This document shows positions 8,451 to 19,400 of a stretch of DNA of 35,452 bases, one piece after another. The notes under the pieces are model-generated. The model was not told the DNA's origin. It worked only from the letters and a program-made list of their open reading frames with translations, and did not search any database. The stretch is taken from contig JAHQWH010000098.1 in the NCBI GenBank assembly GCA_029856105.1, positions 1 to 35,452 of the forward strand, written 5' to 3'. The stretch's first letter is position 1. Each line of letters starts with the position of its first letter. The position numbers and the translations under genes are program-made. The stretch comes from Promethearchaeia archaeon. GTDB lineage: Archaea > Asgardarchaeota > Lokiarchaeia > Sigyniarchaeales > SOKP01.

Positions 8451-9734
8451 ATGGTAAAAGACAGATTACAGCACCCATCCAAGGACATTATAGAAAGCAA
8501 GGGAACGATCTTAAGAGGAAAAACTATATGTATGTGTTTAACTGGCTCGGTTGCGGTTATTAACGCTCCAATTATTGCTAGAGAATTAATGCGTTTAGGA
8601 GCGGATGTAGTTTCCGTAATGTCAAAAGCAGCTACAGAGTTAATCAAACCAACTTTAATGCATTGGGCTACAGGAAACCCTGTAATTACTCATTTAACTG
8701 GATCAGTTGAACATGTTTTTCTAGCCGGTGATAGACCTAATGCCGCCGGAAAAGCTGATTTAATTTTGGTTTGTCCAGCAACAGCAAATTCTATTTCTAA
8801 AGTCGCTAACGGGATAGACGACACCCCAGTAACAACAATGGTTTCAACCGCTTTTGGTTCATCTATTCCTATAGTCGTAGTTCCTGCTATGCATGAAAGC
8901 ATGTATCATCCGTTAATCGAAAAAAATATCTCAGTTTTGAAAAAGTATGGTATTGACGTATTAGGTCCTCGAATATCTGAAGGAAAGGCAAAAATTGCAA
9001 AAGTAGATGATATAATCGATAGAGTTATTGATTTATTGATTACGAAAAAGGATCTTGAAGGAAAGAGAATATTAATCACTGCTGGACCCAGCCGTGAAGC
9101 AATAGATAATGTTCGGTATTTATCAAATAAGTCCTCAGGTCGAATGGGTATCGAAATAGCAAAAGAAGCCTCTGCTAGAGGTGCAGATGTATTATTAGTT
9201 GCCGGTGAATGTATGGTGAAGATTCCAGAATACATTAAAACCAATCATGTGGAATCGGCATTAGATTTTATTAAAGTCATAAAGGATGAAATTTCTAATA
9301 ATAATTACGACTTCTTTATTTCAGCAGCAGCAATTAGCGACTATAAGCCAGTGGATCTCATCGAAGGAAAAATCTCCTCAGACAATGTAAAGGAATTAAA
9401 TGTAAATATGAAATTAACACCCAAGATATTAGATATAGCAAGAAGGAAAGATTACACACTTTTTATTATCGCATTTAAAGCGGAGACAAATGTTTCTCGA
9501 ACAGAGCTAATTGATCGCGCTTACGATAGACTTTTAAAATCTGAGTCAGATTTAATAGTTGCAAATGATGTGGGTCGAGAAGATATAGGGTTCAATAGTA
9601 AAGATAATGAGGTATACATAATAAATAAAGAAAAACACATAACACATATCGAAAAACATACAAAAAGATATGTAGCGTCAAAAATAATTGATGTAGCCTT
9701 AGAAAATTACCGAATCAGAGAAATTTCAAAATAA
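8451..9734 (+). CDS. coaBC: Bifunctional phosphopantothenoylcysteine decarboxylase / phosphopantothenate-cysteine ligase
   Basis: TGSVA, PATANSISK..GI.D, PAMH..M, ITAGPSRE.ID.VRYLSN.SSG.MG, AAAISDY, FKAET and IVANDV motifs; archaeal HPSKDI N-terminus. Confidence 0.95.
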   Translation: MVKDRLQHPSKDIIESKGTILRGKTICMCLTGSVAVINAPIIARELMRLGADVVSVMSKAATELIKPTLMHWATGNPVITHLTGSVEHVFLAGDRPNAAGKADLILVCPATANSISKVANGIDDTPVTTMVSTAFGSSIPIVVVPAMHESMYHPLIEKNISVLKKYGIDVLGPRISEGKAKIAKVDDIIDRVIDLLITKKDLEGKRILITAGPSREAIDNVRYLSNKSSGRMGIEIAKEASARGADVLLVAGECMVKIPEYIKTNHVESALDFIKVIKDEISNNNYDFFISAAAISDYKPVDLIEGKISSDNVKELNVNMKLTPKILDIARRKDYTLFIIAFKAETNVSRTELIDRAYDRLLKSESDLIVANDVGREDIGFNSKDNEVYIINKEKHITHIEKHTKRYVASKIIDVALENYRIREISK

Positions 9735-9926
9735 ACTTACTCCTTCTTTTTAATTTTTTTCACCTAAAGAAAAGATTTAAATACTAATTCAATTTCTGTT
9801 CAAAATGATTGACCGAATACATTGAGAAAAATTGATTGAATAGTAAAGAATTATGTATTCCTAATTGATATATTTATAAATTTACAAATAATTATGTAGA
9901 TATTTAAACTAAAAATAAGAAAAGAT

Positions 9927-12900
9927 GTGATTCAAATTTCCTCTGAGGATGAAGGTAGAATAAAGCAAGGCACAATTGCAGGGTTTATGAGGAAGAGAGG
10001 ACAACTTGTAGGCTTCTCAATGGGTTATTATAAACATATGCAATATGTTTCAGAATTTTTAGACAATAGTTTAGATGCTATTGAAGAATTTCAATGGAAT
10101 GAAATAAAAGATAGAGATTCAAAAATCCAATTCTCTCTTGATCAAGAATTATCTTTAGAAAATTTATCCATCCTTCAAGAAGCAAAAAAAGATGAAGTGG
10201 AACGGCCATTAAATAACGCAGCTAAATATGCATTAATGCAGGAAGTTGGTATTGTTCCTACAATATCTTCTGATGCTGAAGTTTTTATAGATGATGATAG
10301 AGATAAAGAAGAAGAATCTGGAGAAATTATCGATAAAGAGGAATTAGAGGTTGAGGAAGAAGTAAAAAGGATAATTGAAGACATGAATGAAATCATCAAA
10401 CCAGTAGAACCAATTATTGATATCGAACCAATTGTAATAATCCGACTCCGCGAATCTGAAGCCGCCACCTTTTTAACTTCTGAGTTATCACAAAAAAATA
10501 TCATGAGTTACACTTTTGAAATGTTTGACAATGGTATTGGAATGACCAAAAGAGATCTAGGTAAGTTTGGAAAATATCTAGCTTCTTCAAAAAGTCTAGA
10601 ATTAAAGCAAACTCGCGGAAGTCAAGGATTTGGCTCTCCAAGTGCGTTCAGTGACGCCCAAAACACGACTGGCAAACCAATTGTTGCAGTTTCAAAGTTT
10701 AAAGACACTATTTATGGTACTGTGTCAGAATTTTTTACAACTTCAAAAAATGAAAAACGATATTTAGTGCGCCCAACGGAGGTTGACAGCCCATTCCTAC
10801 ACGGGACATATATTAAGTTGAATTACTTAAACGTAAAATATGTTAGAGGTTATGTGGATACCTATATAAAAGAAACTGCTTTAATGAATCCGCATGTAAC
10901 TATTATTTTTATTGATCCTTATGGTGAAGAATGGATTTATAGAAGAGTAGTTTCGAATTTTCCTAAACAACCAAAATATGCAAAACCACACCCCTTATCT
11001 ACTAATATTGGTGATTTACAAGATCTATTAATAAAATCAGAAAATCTCACGATTTCAGCTTTTTTACAAGATAATTTTGTAAGAATCAGTTCCAAATTAG
11101 CTAAAGAAATTCTGAAGATTGCAGAAAAGAATTTACAGGATAATTTATCTTTATTAATTCTTAGTAATGGATTTATAAACAAATTAGAGAAAAAAACTGA
11201 TACTATTAAACTCCTTAAATTTGAAAAGAGAATATTTGGGCGCTCTACGAAACCAAGGGATAAGTTAATCATTTACCAAGTTGATTCTGAAGAGTTGAAG
11301 GCTAAATATTGGGAACTTATGAATACATATAACCAATATGATAAAGATTTAGAAAAGATATATAGAGAAATAAAAAAACATAGAGGTCGTATTGATAAAT
11401 CTGAAACGAAAAAAGATATAAAAAAAATCGAAAAAGAGATTAATAACTTATTAAAACAAATAGAGATCAATTCACAAAAAAAAGAAAAAATAAAAAATAG
11501 TTTAAGTACAATTTTCAATACTTCTACAGGGTTAGTAGAAGTTAAAAAATTAAAAAATAGAACCGAATTTGAAGATTTAGTAAAAGAAGTTCAAATTTCA
11601 AAAACTAAACCCTTTGAGTTAACTAATGTGCAATTCAATTCTCTATTTCATGCATTCAAATCAGTCAAATACATGGCGCCCCCAACAGATACAGCTATCC
11701 CTGTAGGTGATGTTATATTAGAAAATACATTAATAAAAGAAATTGGGTTGAAAATATCTGAAAATATTGATGATTTTGATGATCCCATAGATGATATAGA
11801 AGATTCAATTGAATTATTGCGGGAAGAAATAATAAAAGAGAGCGCCAAAAATTATTCCTCCGGAAAGGACGAATCTTTAGAACAAATTGTTGTAAATTCC
11901 GAAGAGGTTAAGGTTTTTAACTCAAAAATATTAACTAGTATTGATATTAAAGATCTCTCTGTCGAACCGGAAAAATTTAGACAAACAATCCAAAAAAATT
12001 TAATATCGTCTGAAGAAGTGCAAAAAGATTCATATCAAGAAATATTTGAATACTTTATTGAAAATTACACCAAGGACGACGATTTTATTTCTGCAGAAAC
12101 TAGAGCTCCAACAAGTGGTAAGGGCTTAGCATATGCTGTTGAAGCCGTTCTGGCTTATTGTAACGATCCTAAAAAACTTGATACACCTAAACGTTCTAGA
12201 GATGTTCTATCAAGATTTATTAATCGAACGCCAAAATTAAGAGATTCTGCGGATTGTGCAATTACGAAAGCCGTTCAATCAGTTAATTGGAAGAATTATA
12301 AGTTAGAAACATATGATAATAATTTACCTAAAGGCCCAATAAAGTTATTAATAAATATTTCGGGCCCCTACGTTCATTTGATGTTTAAGAGCCAGAGCAA
12401 AAATGCTTTGGCTGATGATGACGAACTTATAAAAGAAATTAAATTTTGTCTCGAAGCTATTGGAAGAAGGTTGAGAATTTATCTTAATAGGAAAGCGAAT
12501 ATTCGAAAAATTGAAAGAAGATCTGGTTTAATTGAAAGATACATTCCAATATTCGTCCAAAGCCTTTATAACATCGCTATGCAGGGTGATGGAAAATATA
12601 AAGACAAAATTTCAGAAACGGAATTAGAAAAGTTAATGAAAGAGGCCATTGGTGTAAAAAAAATACCTAGCATTTCTAAAGAGATAGAACCAACGATTAA
12701 AAAGGAAGAAATCGAAAAAGAAAAACAGAAAACAGTCGTTGAATGGGATAAAATAATTGATAAGAAAGAATACATCCCCAAGAAGGCAGAACCAAGAAAA
12801 GAATTTCTTTCAGAAAGAACTCTTAGGAACTGGACTATTAATGAACTCAAAGAATATTGCATAGAAAATGATATCTTAATAGCCAAATCTTCAACGGTGC

Positions 12901-13340
12901 GAAAATCAGAAATTATTAAAATAATTCAAGAATTTTATACAAAAGAAAAGCCAGAAGTAATATCGCCTCCAGTAAAGGAAAGAAAAGAACCCATAAAACT
13001 CAAACCCGTCATTCCAAGCGTTGTAACAGAAAAAACAAAACAATTGCGGTTAGTCGGGGGTGAAGTAAAGGCTCAACCTATCGTTATAAAGAAACCCACT
13101 GTTCGTGCTCCAGAGCCTAAACCAGAACCTACTCAAACCGAATTACCGATAATTACAACAGAGAAAATACTAGACGCTTTATCTGATGAATGGCAACCGA
13201 TTACTTCTTTAATTTTTAAAATGAAAATAAAAGAAATGATGGATGCACGCTTCTTACAAATAAAATTAAAGGAATTAGAGCGCAAAAATAGTATTGTTGT
13301 CGCTACTATAAAAAATAAAAAAAATTGGAAGTTAAAATGA
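9927..13340 (+). CDS. top6B: DNA topoisomerase VI subunit B, greatly expanded
   Basis: GHKL motifs EFLDNSLDA, DNGIG, FGKYLASSK, QTRGSQGFG and HGT; NPH; KPHP; RFINRTP.L; F.SQSK.A transducer lysine loop; immediately upstream of top6A. Confidence 0.93.
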   Translation: MIQISSEDEGRIKQGTIAGFMRKRGQLVGFSMGYYKHMQYVSEFLDNSLDAIEEFQWNEIKDRDSKIQFSLDQELSLENLSILQEAKKDEVERPLNNAAKYALMQEVGIVPTISSDAEVFIDDDRDKEEESGEIIDKEELEVEEEVKRIIEDMNEIIKPVEPIIDIEPIVIIRLRESEAATFLTSELSQKNIMSYTFEMFDNGIGMTKRDLGKFGKYLASSKSLELKQTRGSQGFGSPSAFSDAQNTTGKPIVAVSKFKDTIYGTVSEFFTTSKNEKRYLVRPTEVDSPFLHGTYIKLNYLNVKYVRGYVDTYIKETALMNPHVTIIFIDPYGEEWIYRRVVSNFPKQPKYAKPHPLSTNIGDLQDLLIKSENLTISAFLQDNFVRISSKLAKEILKIAEKNLQDNLSLLILSNGFINKLEKKTDTIKLLKFEKRIFGRSTKPRDKLIIYQVDSEELKAKYWELMNTYNQYDKDLEKIYREIKKHRGRIDKSETKKDIKKIEKEINNLLKQIEINSQKKEKIKNSLSTIFNTSTGLVEVKKLKNRTEFEDLVKEVQISKTKPFELTNVQFNSLFHAFKSVKYMAPPTDTAIPVGDVILENTLIKEIGLKISENIDDFDDPIDDIEDSIELLREEIIKESAKNYSSGKDESLEQIVVNSEEVKVFNSKILTSIDIKDLSVEPEKFRQTIQKNLISSEEVQKDSYQEIFEYFIENYTKDDDFISAETRAPTSGKGLAYAVEAVLAYCNDPKKLDTPKRSRDVLSRFINRTPKLRDSADCAITKAVQSVNWKNYKLETYDNNLPKGPIKLLINISGPYVHLMFKSQSKNALADDDELIKEIKFCLEAIGRRLRIYLNRKANIRKIERRSGLIERYIPIFVQSLYNIAMQGDGKYKDKISETELEKLMKEAIGVKKIPSISKEIEPTIKKEEIEKEKQKTVVEWDKIIDKKEYIPKKAEPRKEFLSERTLRNWTINELKEYCIENDILIAKSSTVRKSEIIKIIQEFYTKEKPEVISPPVKERKEPIKLKPVIPSVVTEKTKQLRLVGGEVKAQPIVIKKPTVRAPEPKPEPTQTELPIITTEKILDALSDEWQPITSLIFKMKIKEMMDARFLQIKLKELERKNSIVVATIKNKKNWKLK

Positions 13341-13350
13341 AGTGATTTAA

Positions 13351-14544
13351 GTGTCAAGTAAGATAAAACAAGAAAAATGGGATATAAGGGCAACAAAAAA
13401 ACTATTTCAAGAAGCTTTAAAAAAAGGCATTGAAGAGGAAAAAAAACAAATCAAGTTACCTGAACATACAGTTAAAATTGATGAATTGGATAGGGAATTA
13501 ACCTTAGATCGGATAAATATTTTAATAGATTCCCTTATTGAAATGATTTATGAAACAGGAAGACCCTCCATTCGCTTACCTTCAAGAACGAGTGCAAATA
13601 TTATTTGGGACGAAGAAAATGATTTATTGCTGTTAGGACGACAAATAATGGAAAAACAATTTCATTCGCTTGCTAGCGTTGCTGATATTACTAGATTAAT
13701 GAAAGTGCTTGAAAAAATTAACGAATTACTACTTAAAGACCTTCACGCTACAAAAAGAGAAATTTTTTATTCAGCAGTTCAATTGTTTGGGGATCAAAAA
13801 AATAGTGATAAATGTATTGAAGATGTCGCTACAATGCTCTATACAACGAGGAATTCAACACATATTGTTGCTTCAGCCAAAGGGTCATGTATAGGACGTC
13901 TTCGAATTAGGGACAGAAACGATATCATAGATTTAGAAGGATTAGGGAGCGGAGGTTGGACGATTAGTCCCATGCTTGATAACATTGAAATAATTGAATC
14001 CGATGCGGAATTTATTTTGGTTTTAGAAAAAGATGCAGCGATGATAAGATTAGCAGAGGCTAGATTTTGGAGAAAATACCCATGTATAATTTTAACAGCG
14101 AAGGGAGCGGCTGACATCGCTACCCGAATGTTCTTAAAGAGAATTAGTAAGGAACTCAAATTACCCGTCTTTTCGTTAGTTGACTCGGACCCCTACGGGC
14201 ATTATATTCATAGCGTTTATTTGCGCGGATCTAAACGTCTAAGTTACGAGTCGCCTTTTTTAGCCACTCCCGATATAAAACTCCTAGGTGTACTCACCAG
14301 AGATTTGGAAAAATACAAAATTCCAAATGATTGTAGAATTCCAATGAATCAAACAGACATCAAAAGGACTAAAGAGTTGTTAAATGAAGGTTTTGTTAAA
14401 AAAAATAAAGAGTGGGAAACAGATCTAAAATTAGCTCTGAAATTGAAGGTAAAAGCAGAAATTCAAGCACTTTCGGCGTTTGGGTTTGAATTCTTGACCG
14501 ATCAATACATACCTGAAAAATTATCAACTGGAGATTGGATATAA
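13351..14544 (+). CDS. top6A: DNA topoisomerase VI subunit A (Spo11-like)
   Basis: TKREIFY catalytic tyrosine region, F..Q..SD..IED, TOPRIM motifs VLEKDA and DSDPYG, and KAEIQAL. Confidence 0.96.
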   Translation: MSSKIKQEKWDIRATKKLFQEALKKGIEEEKKQIKLPEHTVKIDELDRELTLDRINILIDSLIEMIYETGRPSIRLPSRTSANIIWDEENDLLLLGRQIMEKQFHSLASVADITRLMKVLEKINELLLKDLHATKREIFYSAVQLFGDQKNSDKCIEDVATMLYTTRNSTHIVASAKGSCIGRLRIRDRNDIIDLEGLGSGGWTISPMLDNIEIIESDAEFILVLEKDAAMIRLAEARFWRKYPCIILTAKGAADIATRMFLKRISKELKLPVFSLVDSDPYGHYIHSVYLRGSKRLSYESPFLATPDIKLLGVLTRDLEKYKIPNDCRIPMNQTDIKRTKELLNEGFVKKNKEWETDLKLALKLKVKAEIQALSAFGFEFLTDQYIPEKLSTGDWI

Positions 14545-15062
14545 TGAAAATTTTTTACAAAAAAGAAGGTGGGATAGTACAGCTAATAGACAAAGAAAAA
14601 ATGAAGGAGTGGCCAATAGAATTACCTCTTATTTTTATTGAGTACATACGTAATAATCAATTAAATTCATATAACGATTCTAAATTAAAGAAAGAAATTG
14701 AGCAATATCTTGACGAAGTTCTTAAAGATGTTGCTATTCCAGGGCTAATTAAAGTTCTTGATGGTGATAATTTTGAAGAAACAAATAAAGCACTCGTTAG
14801 AATTGATGAATTAGCTAAAAAAAAAATTGAGTTAGTTAAACCAATAAAGCCATATGTAGAGAAACTGGTAAAAAAGGAAAATAAGGAAATAAGAAAACAT
14901 AGTAAATCAATTTTGGAAAGTTTTACCAAAGCAGATAGAAGAAAGAGATTAGCTGAGAAAAGAAAAATTATGCAAGAAAGAGAAAAAGAATTCTTAGCAG
15001 GAAAGATAAGTGGAGAAGAGTATGCTAACGCTCGAAAAGAGTATTTGATTTTAAAAGAGTAG
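14544..15062 (+). CDS. Hypothetical helical protein with C-terminal SHOCT-like motif
   Basis: ATG at 14544 overlaps the top6A stop (TAATG), suggesting translational coupling. The C-terminal FLAGKISGEEYANARKEYL resembles SHOCT (G.IS.EEY...K..L). Confidence 0.7.
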   Translation: MKIFYKKEGGIVQLIDKEKMKEWPIELPLIFIEYIRNNQLNSYNDSKLKKEIEQYLDEVLKDVAIPGLIKVLDGDNFEETNKALVRIDELAKKKIELVKPIKPYVEKLVKKENKEIRKHSKSILESFTKADRRKRLAEKRKIMQEREKEFLAGKISGEEYANARKEYLILKE

Positions 15063-15073
15063 TTTGATTTTTT

Positions 15074-15748
15074 ATGAGTTGGGAATTAGAAAAAAAAGAG
15101 TTTTACAAATTTATCATCCAAAACAATGTAATCGGGTTTTTTGATGAGCCAATAACTTTAAAGTCTGGAAGACAATCATATTGGTATGTAAATTGGAGAA
15201 ATATAGCTGAAGATGTGTTTCTATTTGATATATTGACTGATTATCTTATTTCATATGTTAAGCATCTAAACCTTAAACCAGACTGTTTTTATGGCGTTCC
15301 AGAAGGTGCAACAAAGCTAGGTGTAATAACTCAATATAAATGGGCAATTAGCGATAAAAATCTAACACCAGGCAAGTTTATTCTATCCATGGGAAGAGCA
15401 AAACCAAAAGAACACGGGGACCTTAAAGATAAGTTCTTTTTAGGAATTCCTAAAGGGAGAGTGATCATCATAGAAGATACTACAACTACTGGAGGATCTT
15501 TACTTAAAACAATTGATAATTTGCTTAATATTAATGTAAATATAATAGCCGTTATCGGATTAACAAACAGAAATGAATTAAGAGACGATGGAAGAACTGT
15601 CGAAGAAGCTATCAAGCTAAAAAACATTCAATATTTTGCAATGAGCGATGCTTTCGATTTATTGCCAAATCTAAACCCAAATGAAACCATAAAAAGTCAT
15701 ATTAAAAATTATTTTAAGAAATACGGTTCAAAAGAAATCGAATTTTAG
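15074..15748 (+). CDS. pyrE: Orotate phosphoribosyltransferase
   Basis: TLKSGR.S..Y.N.R, R.KPKEHG flexible loop, and PRPP-binding motif IIIEDTTTTGGS. Confidence 0.85.
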   Translation: MSWELEKKEFYKFIIQNNVIGFFDEPITLKSGRQSYWYVNWRNIAEDVFLFDILTDYLISYVKHLNLKPDCFYGVPEGATKLGVITQYKWAISDKNLTPGKFILSMGRAKPKEHGDLKDKFFLGIPKGRVIIIEDTTTTGGSLLKTIDNLLNINVNIIAVIGLTNRNELRDDGRTVEEAIKLKNIQYFAMSDAFDLLPNLNPNETIKSHIKNYFKKYGSKEIEF

Positions 15749-15787
15749 CGTAAAATTCAAACAAATAAAATTTAATTATTATATGAT

Positions 15788-16348
15788 TTATTTAAAACTT
15801 AAAAAGAACGCTCTCCATACTTTAATAAGTTTGCTTAACTTTTTATAGAGCAACTTTTCAGAGTTAGTTAACTTAAGCTCATCATCTACAGATAATTCTG
15901 ATCTCGCTAATCTTAGCATTTTTGACAACCTACTATCAACAATATTTATGGAAAAAGATTTAAATCGGTCTAAACCTACCTTCGGTTTATTTTTATCGTA
16001 TACATCTTTTTCAATGAATGTTTTAAATTCTTTTATTTTATTTAGAAAATAAGGATTGTTTCGTTGGATTAATCTCTGATCGTCGCGTTCGCTTATAGCG
16101 TATCTTTGAACGTCGACATTATCGCACTTTTCGTTTGATGAAATCTTCATAATATTATTTTCTATAAAAGGAAGCGCTACAAAATACTTTAGTTTGTATT
16201 TTTTACTTTTTTCGAACGGTCCGAATGTTTCTCCTAATATTGAAAAACCGTCGTAAGCATTTATGCATTCGGTAGTTATTTCCTCGTTTTTAAAGATAAA
16301 ATTTACCCGATTTAACGAATCCTCTAATTGATCTTCAATTTTATCCAA
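15788..16348 (-). CDS. gins23: GINS complex subunit, Gins23 (Psf2/Psf3-like)
   Basis: 186 aa with an N-terminal B-domain-like GPF......L...VA segment, then helical R..K..RLA and LT..E..LY..L...I..W motifs; located near mcm; TTG start after a GTGGTG SD-like site. Confidence 0.7.
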   Translation of the reverse strand: MDKIEDQLEDSLNRVNFIFKNEEITTECINAYDGFSILGETFGPFEKSKKYKLKYFVALPFIENNIMKISSNEKCDNVDVQRYAISERDDQRLIQRNNPYFLNKIKEFKTFIEKDVYDKNKPKVGLDRFKSFSINIVDSRLSKMLRLARSELSVDDELKLTNSEKLLYKKLSKLIKVWRAFFLSFK

Positions 16349-16446
16349 ATTTTACACCACAATAAAGCTAATTTAATAACATTCAATTCCTTTTTATATT
16401 AAATATATGTAAACAACAGAAATATAAATGTATTAAATAATTAATA

Positions 16447-19400
16447 ATGCTTACAGAACTTATCCTTATTCTCATTTTTATAATTTTTTTCATTATTGGG
16501 TTCATAATAATTTACAAACAAGTTAGTTTAGTTAAAAAAGGGGAGTTTAACAACAAGGATCGCCTTCAGTGCTTAATTTACGGATTTGTCTTTAGCATGG
16601 GAGTTATGGTCGTAATCGCGATGGCTTTTATATTTGCCATAAATACTCCTGAGTTTTGGCAAGGAAGTGTATTAACACCTCCAGATATTAGCCCTCTTTC
16701 TTTACTTATCCCATTTACGTTTTGTTTGATGTATATTTCTTTATACCCTCTTATAGATTTCTTATTTATTGCTTTAAGTTCAGAATCTGACGAGGGGCTT
16801 ACTCCATTTCATAAATTTATTGGGAAAAAAATTATTCATTTATCTAAAAGCAAGATTATTTCTGTAATTATGGCAATTCTTCTTTATTTGCTATTTATTA
16901 TCCCTCCAATGTTACTTTCTCTTGCGGGGTTACCTTTTTTAGTAATCTGGGTTTCTTGGTTGCTTGCTTACCCCCTTATGATTTTATCATTTTATGGCTC
17001 AAAAGGTTATGTAGCTGGGATAACAAACGAGTTTGTTCATATCCCTGAAATTAAACGCTCTTCGTTTTTAAATTTTGAAGATAGCAAAAGAGGTATGAAA
17101 CAATTTATATCAAATCCTAAATCGTATATACTATTCGGTTTAATGTTGTTCGTTTTTGTGTGGGCTTGGATTTCTATGTTTCAAACGATAATATTCTTTT
17201 TTTCTGGATCACTAGCAATTTCTACGATGACCTCGTATTTTGTGTTTGTTACTCTATTGTTTGGCATAATAGGATACTTTACTCGATTTTGGGGTAGAAA
17301 AATTAAATATAGAGGAATTGATATTTATTTTGCAGCGTATTTAATGGCCGCAATTGGTCTAAATGTTTTAGTAAATTTTTTAATAGTGAATATCGACAAA
17401 TTATCGGTGACTTTAAATTATTCGATTCTCACGCAAGATATTATTCCAAATTTTACTAAGTTTGCTTGGGCGGCAGTAATCGAAGAAATTTGCATGATCA
17501 CATTTACATCTTATTACTTCTTATCAAAAAAAAATGAGTTTACTAAAAATCTTAAATACTCAAAAATTACGGAGTATGGTCAAACTTTTGATCCTATCCC
17601 ACTATTTAATTTTATCAAACATTCTGATCCTATACTAAGAAAACACGCAGAAAACACGCTCTTGATGATGTTTGAAAGAATTCCTTTGAAGTCAGAAATC
17701 TCCTTAAACGATTGGAAATTTAAAAATTCTTTATTAGACGGTTTATGCGACTCAAATTCGAATTCAAGAAAGATCTCATTCGAAATTTTGACTAAATTAG
17801 AGAAGGAAATTCCAAATATGATATTACCTTGGATTATTGAATCTTTGGAATCTCCAAATTACGACAAAAGTATTCTTATTGCAAAATCCTTACTAAATGC
17901 TGATTTTGCTTTAATTAAACAAATTCCTATAAATGTTATATATAACTTAGTAAATGATTCAGAGTGGAGATTAAAGTTATTGGGATTAAAAATCTTGATA
18001 AGAATTGCTCAAAAAGAAAAAGAAGTAGTACGAAATTTTGATTTGATGAAATTATTAAACGATCCAAACAGCGCTATTCAAGTGGAACTTCTTAACTTTT
18101 TAGCAGAATCTTCACTTAATATTCCTATTGAAACATTTTTAGATAAATTAAATCATACCAATAAAGAAATTAGAGCCGCAGCCATTAAAAATATAAAGAA
18201 TATTGACATTGAAAAGATTGACTCCGAAATTATTAATAAAATAATTCCCTTTATGAGAGACCCTACAAGCTCTGTTAGAGCATCTATATTTGAAGTTATT
18301 TCTAAAATGGGGAATTTCAAAAAATTTAATATTCCTATTTCGACCATTTTTGAAGGTTTAGTCGATTCAGATATAAATGTTAGGAATGCATCTGTTTCAG
18401 CTCTTGCAAAGTATTATAGTGAAGAGCCTGATTCCATTGATATAGATAAGATTATCAGTAAAATCGATTCTGAAAATCTAAAATCTTTGAACAGCGTGTT
18501 AACTCTCCTTGGTAAACTTTGGGGCAAAAATCCAGAAAAAATCTTAACGACTTTCTTGATTTTTATAAAATTTGATGATTTTGAATTAAAAGAAAGAATC
18601 TCAGATATTATCGTTGAGAATTATGAAAAAAACCCAACTTTAGTTTTAGATAGGTTAATAAGAACTAAGGACGAATCAAAATTTATTTCAAAAGGCGTAA
18701 TTTCTAGAACAATAACAAAAATTGCTAAACAATTTCCTAAGGAAATAATACCAAGATTAATTAATCATTTAGGTTCCGATGATAAAGATATAAAATTAAA
18801 TGTCATTGCTTCTTTGGATGGTTTAATAGAAGATTATATGGATAGAATCGATATTAAATCAATAATATCCTTAATTCGAAGTGAAAACGATAAAAAAATT
18901 AAGAAAGAAGCATCCCAACTAATTTTAAAAATTTCAAAAATTAAACCTTTAGCATTACAACCTGTAATGACTGATTTATTGCAGACCATAATAGAACAGG
19001 AAGTATCAATAAGAATAATTTTAACTAAATCAATGTTAGAAATATCAAAACAATTACCAGATCTTATTCCTGTGCGCCTTACTATAAATCTTCTTTCAGA
19101 TGAAGATTCTTTTATAAGGGAAACAAGCGTGAAAATATTAGGATACATTGGTCAGAAACTCTCTTTCGCTACTGCTGATGCTTTGATAAATAAAGCGTTA
19201 GTTGACAAAGAGTGGATAGTTAGGGATGCCGCTGTATCAAGTTTGGGAAAAATTTTTAAAGCTGTCGATAACAAGGAGACTATTATTGAAAAACTTGTTT
19301 CTTTATTAGACGACGATAAAAGTTGGGTTCGTCGTTCTTCCATGAATGTTCTTTCATCAGTAGAAGGAATTACAGAAACTCAAATCCCCTTTGAAAAAGT

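Noticed and set aside
8940-9010. CoaBC lacking the bacterial LACGD.G.G substrate-clamp motif
   Set aside because: GPRISEGKAK corresponds to the normal archaeal CoaBC variant and is not a sign of inactivation.
10090-12070. Inteins in Top6B (and in MCM)
   Set aside because: The inserts show no Cys/Ser start with His-Asn end and no LAGLIDADG motifs; MCM is of normal length.
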